This document shows, one piece after another, positions 62,870 to 64,000 of a stretch of 64,000 bases of DNA. Position numbers and translations under genes: made by a program. The DNA lies in the NCBI GenBank assembly GCA_963777955.1, contig CAVZSQ010000019.1:192001-256000 (forward strand), given 5' to 3'. Within the stretch, counting starts at the first letter, position 1, and every line of letters begins with the position of its first letter. This DNA comes from Calditrichia bacterium (GTDB lineage Bacteria > Calditrichota > Calditrichia > JAJRVZ01). A model generated the notes under the pieces. It was not told the DNA's origin. It ran no database searches and worked only from the letters and a program-made list of their open reading frames with translations.

Positions 62870-64000
62870 CTAATCCGGTTCTGCCGGATATTTGATCAGC
62901 ATCCAGGAGAACGCGGCAACCGCAAAGGGAATTGCCTGTTCATCCAGATCAAAATAACCGGAATGCAGTTTTCCATGCATGGAACCATCATTAATTCCGA
63001 CACGAAAAAATACACCCGGCACTTTACCGAGATAATGGGCAAAATCTTCACCACCCAGCGTACGGCTGCGCGGTATTATTTTTTTACTGTCCATGATCCC
63101 GGCCAGTATTGAGCGAACCCGGTCGGTTACCCGGGCATCGTTTATTACCGGAGGCGCCCCTTTGATGAAAGTAAAGGTACCCTGTGCCCCCCATTTATTA
63201 CTGGCAGCCCTTACCGTAGCATCGATCAGAGACAGTAATTTCTCAGCCTGCTCGTTATGGGTCACCCGCAGCGTACCTTCGGCCGTGAAGCGGGAGGCAA
63301 TCAGGTTATAACTCTCCCCGCAAATGATCCGGCCGATGGTAAACACCAGCGGCTGATCGATTGTTTCCAGACGGTAGATACTGCCATACAACTCAGTCTA
63401 ACACCGACACACCGATAAAGCAGGGATCGACTGTATCTGCCGGCCGGGCCGAATGCCCTCCCGGACCACATATTTCAATTTTTATTTGAATCGATTGAGC
63501 AGTGATCCAGCCCGGTAATAAACCAATGGTACCGGTATTCAGCGACGGATCAGCATGCAGGCCAAAGACCGCTGTGATCCCATCCATTTTACCGGCCTGT
63601 ACAAAATCGATAGCCCCTCCGGGAATTGGTTCTTCAGCATGCTGAAAGATAAAGCGTATATTCGTATTAAGATACTGCTGAAAACGGGCCAGCGTCCAGG
63701 CTGTCCCCAGCACCACGGCGGAATGAAAATCATGACCACAGGCATGGCATACATCTGGTACACTTGAACGGTAAGCTACTTCTTTTTGATCAGCAACAGG
63801 CAGGGCATCAAGGTCGGCACGCAAAGATAACCATGGTTTATTTTCTGCCAGAATCAGATCGCAGCAAAATCCGGTAGGTCCCACCATATCAATATTAAAA
63901 TTATATTTCTCCTGCAGCCGCTTGCGCAGATAAGCCGATGTATTGTATTCCTGCCGGCCTATTTCCGGATGGATATGTAAATATCGGCGAATATTTTGTA
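62870..64000 (-). CDS. M20D amidohydrolase (5'-partial; +1 frameshift near 63395)
   Basis: RRYLHIHPE (read to the window edge), LRADLDALP, HACGHDFH, FQHAEE, GGHSARP, GEDFA.Y, LHS..FD.DE. Confidence 0.9.

Overview
A 64-kb chromosomal segment from an anaerobic FCB-superphylum-like bacterium. Proteins ending in NYPNPFNP / FlgD-Ig / T9SS-type sorting domains suggest a Calditrichota/KSB1/Ignavibacteria-like lineage (inference). Main contents: a TetR-regulated RND efflux operon; a complete hisGDC(NB)HAF(IE) operon with an unannotated His-rich leader peptide and classical attenuator; a redox operon (HdrA-like 1, QmoC-like Fe-S/cytochrome b membrane subunit, HdrA-like 2, MvhD, MvhG, MvhA, maturation protease) with a candidate Rex box; and many accessory enzymes (GH27, M16 and M64 peptidases, PPK2, sialate O-acetylesterase, CCG-domain membrane oxidoreductase, Def, IscA). 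The best candidate for an undescribed system is the group 3c [NiFe]-hydrogenase coupled to two complementary, domain-split HdrA paralogues and a quinone-interacting QmoC-like subunit, with no HdrB or AprAB in the window. Other notable items are a plant-BAHD-like acyltransferase, a probably inactive debranching-enzyme homologue, and several families of REP-like palindromes. About 15 genes carry frameshifts, mostly +1, which are most likely long-read assembly errors. I saw no rRNA, tRNA, CRISPR array, transposase or integrase.
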